Shown here piece by piece: positions 47,434 through 51,581 of a stretch of DNA of 51,581 nucleotides (its first letter is position 1; each line of letters opens with the position of its first letter). The notes beneath the pieces are model-generated. The model was not told where the DNA came from. It made no database searches and worked only from the letters and a program-made list of their open reading frames with translations. The DNA comes from Acidimicrobiales bacterium (GTDB lineage: Bacteria; Actinomycetota; Acidimicrobiia; Acidimicrobiales; SHLQ01), in the NCBI GenBank assembly GCA_004282895.1, contig SHLQ01000003.1, positions 1-51,581 of the forward strand, in the 5' to 3' direction. The position numbers and the translations under genes were made by a program.

Positions 47434-48044
47434 CGGGTCGTCTCCAGGAGGCGGTAGCCCTTGCGGGACCCGAGTCGCGTTGTCGGCCATTCCTGTTCGG
47501 TGAGCCATGTCGCCAACGAGTCGCTGCCGAGGTGTTTCTGCACGACCATCCAGGCTCGCCCGGCTTCCGTCAACGTCGGAAGCCACGTGCCCAGCAGAGC
47601 ATGTAGTGCCGCCTTGCCGATGCGGATGGGCGGATTCGACAGGATGAGGTCGAAACGAAGATCGGATGGCACGTCCTCGGGCGCGGCGACAGTGACGTTC
47701 GTCAGCCCGTTGGCCGAGGCGTTGTCGGACGTGAGTTCCCGAGCTCGGGCGTTGATGTCGACCGCCCAGACATTTGCCGTGGGACAACGTCGTGCTGCGG
47801 TCAACGCGATCGGCCCGTAGCCGCAGCCAAGGTCCAGAATCGCGCCGGTGTCGGGTGGGATCTCCGGCATGTCGAGCAGGAGATACTTCGTCCCGGCGTC
47901 GACCTTTGCTCCGGAGAAGACCCCAGCGTCGGTCTCCAGCGCGAGGAACGTGTCCGGCAACACAAGCTCGATGGAACGCCTCTTGGACGCGGTTTGGGGC
48001 GTATCGTCGAAGTAATGCGACGCTCCCTCAGACTCCGAAATCAC
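47430..48044 (-). CDS. Class I SAM-dependent methyltransferase (RsmC/MTS-like)
   Basis: HYF, GVFS...D.GT..LL, LDLGCGYGPI, DIN.RA, SNPP.R.GK; start at GTG 48044. Confidence 0.92.
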   Translation of the reverse strand: MISESEGASHYFDDTPQTASKRRSIELVLPDTFLALETDAGVFSGAKVDAGTKYLLLDMPEIPPDTGAILDLGCGYGPIALTAARRCPTANVWAVDINARARELTSDNASANGLTNVTVAAPEDVPSDLRFDLILSNPPIRIGKAALHALLGTWLPTLTEAGRAWMVVQKHLGSDSLATWLTEQEWPTTRLGSRKGYRLLETTR

Positions 48045-48068
48045 GAGCCAACGGTACCCTTGGATCCC
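48045..48068. promoter_or_regulatory. Bidirectional promoter with overlapping -10 boxes
   Basis: ACGGTACCCT at 48051-48060 reads TACCCT on + (8 nt before the def GTG) and TACCGT on - (6 nt before the methyltransferase GTG). Confidence 0.6.
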
Positions 48069-48641
48069 GTGAGCGCCCCCTATCGCATCCGTACCTACGG
48101 CGACCCGGTGTTGAAACAGGTCGCCAAAGAGATCACCGATATTGACGGCGCGCTCGTGCAGCTGGCGGAAGACATGCTGGAAACCATGTATGCCGAACCC
48201 GGCCTCGGTTTGGCAGCGCCGCAGGTTGGGGTCCGAAAGCGCCTCTTTGTCTACGACCTCGAGATGGGTGAGGAACCCCATGCGCTGATCAACCCGGAGA
48301 TCGTCGAGTCCGATGGCGAGTGGGAATTCGACGAAGGATGCCTGTCGGTTCCGGGCCTGTCGTGGAACATCGTGCGCCCAAAGCAGATTCACATCGTTGG
48401 CCGCGATCTTGACGGGAACGAGGTCAGCATCGAAGCCGACGAGTTGGAAGCCCGGCTGTTCCAACATGAGCTCGATCACCTCAACGGCGTTCTTCTGGTG
48501 GAGCACCTCGATGCGGAGCAGCTACGCGAAGCCAAAAAGATTCTGCGGCAGCGGGCGGAAGTCGGCGACCCGTCCGCGGACAAACTACGAGCGGAGCTCG
48601 GGTTGTCATCGCCGGGTTCGTCTGGCCTGAGCCTTTCCTAA
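48069..48641 (+). CDS. def: Peptide deformylase
   Basis: GLGLAAPQVG, EGCLS, QHELDHLNG; start at GTG 48069. Confidence 0.97.
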   Translation: MSAPYRIRTYGDPVLKQVAKEITDIDGALVQLAEDMLETMYAEPGLGLAAPQVGVRKRLFVYDLEMGEEPHALINPEIVESDGEWEFDEGCLSVPGLSWNIVRPKQIHIVGRDLDGNEVSIEADELEARLFQHELDHLNGVLLVEHLDAEQLREAKKILRQRAEVGDPSADKLRAELGLSSPGSSGLSLS

Positions 48642-48644
48642 GAC

Positions 48645-49538
48645 GTGGCAACGGAACTGCCACTGCCGCCGGCAGGAGCGCAACGGCTCGCGTTCTTCGG
48701 ATCACCAGCAATGGCTGTTCCAACGCTGCGGGCGCTGGTGGACGCAGGTTTTGAAGTCGCCATGGTCGTCACCGGCCACGACAAACGCCGAGGACGCGGG
48801 TCGAAGACCTCACCCACGCCCGTGAAGGCCGCCGCCCTTGAGCTGGGGTTGCCCATCACCACGGAGATCGCCGACGCGGTCGCTGCGGACGTCGACCTCG
48901 GTGTTGTGGTCGCCTTCGGGAAGATCATTCCCCGTTCCGTTATCGAGCAGTTGCCGATGGTGAATCTGCACTTCTCCGCCTTGCCCCGTTGGCGGGGAGC
49001 TGCCCCCATCGAACGCGCGATTCTGTCGGGTGATTCGGACACGGCAATTTCGATCATCACGATTGCGGTCGGCCTTGACGAAGGTGACATCTGGGCCGAG
49101 GAACCGGTGCCAATCGGCGAGCTCGACACCGCCGACGACCTTCGGGTGCGTATGGCCGCCGGTGGCGCTGACCTGATGGTGCGAACCATCCGTGAGGGTT
49201 TCCCGGCATCGGTGCCCCAGCAGGGCGAACCCGTCTACGCCGCGAAGATTCACCCCTCTGACCTGGAAATCGACTGGTCTGCCGAAGTCGAGGAGGTCCT
49301 CCGACAGGTGCGGGTCGGTGGCGCCTGGACGACACTTCGAGGTGAGCGGTTCAAGATCTGGGAGGCCCTGCCGGCCGACGGTCAGCTTGGTCCCGGTGAG
49401 ATCGACGCGACGACTGTCGGGACGGGTGCTGGCGCCTTGTCGCTTGGTGTAGTGCAGCCCGCAGGCAAACCTCGACTCGCTGCTGCTGATTGGGCGAACG
49501 GCGCCCAGCTCGATGGGTCGGATCGTTTCGGTGAATGA
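48645..49538 (+). CDS. fmt: Methionyl-tRNA formyltransferase
   Basis: FFGSP, D...GRG, VVAFG, NLHFSALPRWRGAAP, LDEG. Confidence 0.96.
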   Translation: MATELPLPPAGAQRLAFFGSPAMAVPTLRALVDAGFEVAMVVTGHDKRRGRGSKTSPTPVKAAALELGLPITTEIADAVAADVDLGVVVAFGKIIPRSVIEQLPMVNLHFSALPRWRGAAPIERAILSGDSDTAISIITIAVGLDEGDIWAEEPVPIGELDTADDLRVRMAAGGADLMVRTIREGFPASVPQQGEPVYAAKIHPSDLEIDWSAEVEEVLRQVRVGGAWTTLRGERFKIWEALPADGQLGPGEIDATTVGTGAGALSLGVVQPAGKPRLAAADWANGAQLDGSDRFGE

Positions 49539-50670
49539 ATCCGGTCTCGAGTCCCGGCGACTCGCAATCGATGCACTCGTCCGTATCGACGAGGATGGAG
49601 CGTACGCCAACCTGGTGCTCTCGAAGATCCTCGACGAAAGCACGTTGGAGACCAGGGATCGGGGGTTCGTCACCGAGCTGGTCTATGGAACAACGCGGAT
49701 GCGACGCGCACTCGACTATGTGGTCGACCGATTCATCGTGCGTGACGACATCGAAGCTCGCGTACGGGCCTGCCTCCGTACGGGTGCGTATCAACTCGTC
49801 TTCCTGGGAACTCCCGCGCACGCAGCGGTCGACGCCACCGTCGCGGCCACGCCCAAACGAGCCCGAGGGTTCGTAAATGCCATCCTGCGCAAAGTGGCGG
49901 CCTCTGGCGCGGTCGAGTGGCCGACAGACGCGATCCGGCTCAGCTACCCGAACTGGATGATCGACCGGCTTGCGGCCGATCTTGGCGATCGGGCAGTGCC
50001 GGTCCTCGAAGCGATGAACAGCCCGGCAGTGGTACACACGCGCTCCGATGGGTATCGACAGGATCCGGCGTCTCAGGCCGTTGCCGAACTCGTGGATTCT
50101 GGCGCCGGCCGGTTCGTGCTCGACCTGTGTGCGGCACCTGGTGGCAAAGCGACCCACATCGCAGGCCGCGGGGCAACGGTGATCGGTATGGATCTTCATG
50201 CGCACCGCGCGGGTCTCATTGCAGACGCCGCCGAGTTGACCGGCACCACGACACTCGCCGTTGTTGGGGACGGATTGGCGCCACCGTTTCCAGAGCAGTC
50301 TTTTGATGCCGTGCTGGTCGATGCGCCGTGCTCCGGACTCGGTTCGTTGCGCAGGCGAGCGGACGCCCGCTGGCGAATGCAGGTCGGATCGGTGGACACG
50401 CTGGCGACTCTGCAGTTCGATCTTCTCGCCTCTGCAGGCGCGCTGGTCAAACGGGGAGGCCAGGTGGTTTTCTCCACGTGTACCCTCACCGACGCCGAGT
50501 CGGTGGAGATCGATGACCGAGCCGTCGCGGAGATCGCCGATCTCGAGATTGTGCCGATGGAGGAGTGGGCGGGCGATGTGGCGTGGGAACCGCATGGTCG
50601 AGGCGGACGACTGCTGCCTGACATCTTCGCCGGTGATGGGATGTCCGCGTTCGTGTACCGGCGGCGCTAA
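49531..50670 (+). CDS. rsmB: 16S rRNA m5C967 methyltransferase RsmB/Sun (compact)
   Basis: NusB-like N-domain (ELVYG, FVNAILR), QD.AS, DLCAAPGGK, DAPCSG, STCT. Confidence 0.92.
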   Translation: MNESGLESRRLAIDALVRIDEDGAYANLVLSKILDESTLETRDRGFVTELVYGTTRMRRALDYVVDRFIVRDDIEARVRACLRTGAYQLVFLGTPAHAAVDATVAATPKRARGFVNAILRKVAASGAVEWPTDAIRLSYPNWMIDRLAADLGDRAVPVLEAMNSPAVVHTRSDGYRQDPASQAVAELVDSGAGRFVLDLCAAPGGKATHIAGRGATVIGMDLHAHRAGLIADAAELTGTTTLAVVGDGLAPPFPEQSFDAVLVDAPCSGLGSLRRRADARWRMQVGSVDTLATLQFDLLASAGALVKRGGQVVFSTCTLTDAESVEIDDRAVAEIADLEIVPMEEWAGDVAWEPHGRGGRLLPDIFAGDGMSAFVYRRR

Positions 50671-51581
50671 TCGGAGGCTGCCGGAACGATGAGCACAAGC
50701 TTCCCGACAAACCGCTTTTCCAGAAACACCTTCTGGGCCTCGACGATGTCTTCCAGCGGGTAACTGGCGGCGACGATCGGACGGATCTCGGCCCGTTCGA
50801 TGTAGCCGATCAGATTCTCGAACACCTCCCGCGGCTGATACGTGCAGCCGATGAGCGTGAGGTCCTTGAGGTAGAGCGTGCGAACGTCGAGGTCAACGAT
50901 CGGCCCGGCGATCGCCCCACAGGTGGCGTAACGGCCCTGCTTCTTCACTACCTCCAGCAAGGCGCCGAATCCGCTGCCAGCAACGACGTCCACCACCACA
51001 TCGATGCTCTCTGCCCCGAGCTCGGCGACAAGATCGGCGTTGCGGTCTACCAACTGGTCGGGCCCGAATGGTTCCAGATCGGCCCATTTCGCACTCGACG
51101 CGACGGCGATGACCTCGGCCCCGCGACGCGCGGCTAGCTGAATGGCCGCGGAACCCACACCGCCGGAAGCCCCGGTTATCAACACTCGTTCGCCCGCTTT
51201 CACGTCGGCACGGTGGAGCACCCCCTCGGCGGTTGAGTAGGCACACGGAAACGATGCGAGCTCGATATCGGTCAGATGTGTGTCGATGGGGAAGGCCTCC
51301 ATCGACTCGACACACAGGAACTGGGCGAACCCACCGTCGATCTCCGAGCCCATGGTGATACACGCGGTTGGATCATCGTTGCCGTAGGCGGTTTGCATCG
51401 TGCGCACGAGTACGCGCTCGCCGATGCGGGACTCGTCGACATCGGCGCCCACAGCAACAACCGTGCCCGCGGCGTCCGCCCCCTGAATCCGGGGAAAGGT
51501 CAGGCCTTCGCCGGACCAGCCGCCATCGTCATCCACCTCATCACCAAAGCCGGAGTCGCCCGCATCGGAGCTGCCACTGGT
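50667..51581 (-). CDS. Medium-chain dehydrogenase/reductase family protein (5' end outside the window)
   Basis: FPRIQGAD..G.VVAVG, DGGFA, ITGASGGVG, GK.VL; frame open to the window edge. Confidence 0.9.
   Translation of the reverse strand, partial: TSGSSDAGDSGFGDEVDDDGGWSGEGLTFPRIQGADAAGTVVAVGADVDESRIGERVLVRTMQTAYGNDDPTACITMGSEIDGGFAQFLCVESMEAFPIDTHLTDIELASFPCAYSTAEGVLHRADVKAGERVLITGASGGVGSAAIQLAARRGAEVIAVASSAKWADLEPFGPDQLVDRNADLVAELGAESIDVVVDVVAGSGFGALLEVVKKQGRYATCGAIAGPIVDLDVRTLYLKDLTLIGCTYQPREVFENLIGYIERAEIRPIVAASYPLEDIVEAQKVFLEKRFVGKLVLIVPAASD

Noticed and set aside
2973-48506. N-terminal extensions in the ORF track (ruvC, ruvA, alaS, pyrB, carA, mIHF, TrmH, methyltransferase, def)
   Set aside because: They overlap neighbouring genes and precede the conserved N-termini; downstream starts with coupling, SD or -10 support were used instead.

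Overview
A GC-rich actinobacterial chromosomal segment. Gene content and order suggest class Acidimicrobiia (inference). It is almost entirely core genome: csp; ruvCAB-queA-tgt-yajC-secD-secF-apt-rel-hisS-aspS-pyrE-rarA; alaS-ruvX-mltG-aroE-[DUF4388-like protein, A24 prepilin peptidase]-aroB-Xaa-Pro peptidase-efp-nusB; pyrR-pyrB-pyrC-carA-carB-pyrD-pyrF-mIHF-gmk-rpoZ-coaBC-metK-priA; and def-fmt-rsmB. A few accessory genes are interspersed: a surface protein, a predicted metal-dependent hydrolase, a GNAT, a PhzF-family protein, an orphan molybdopterin oxidoreductase, two methyltransferases and an MDR dehydrogenase. I found no rRNA, tRNA, CRISPR array, IS or phage gene. I cannot claim a clear new multi-gene system. 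The best candidate is a two-gene module (DUF4388 domain with a long acidic Pro-rich disordered region, plus a prepilin peptidase) that has a sigma-28-like promoter and sits where aroC/aroK are missing. Other signals: pervasive leaderless TANNNT promoters (two built on upstream stop codons, one bidirectional in a 24-bp gap); a LexA-like box over the ruvC start; a PyrR-binding hairpin; a Tgt with no zinc cysteines; a divergent mIHF; a GNAT that seems to need a non-canonical (CTG) start; and an abrupt composition and frame switch near base 130. All calls come from reading motifs by eye; no database search was run.
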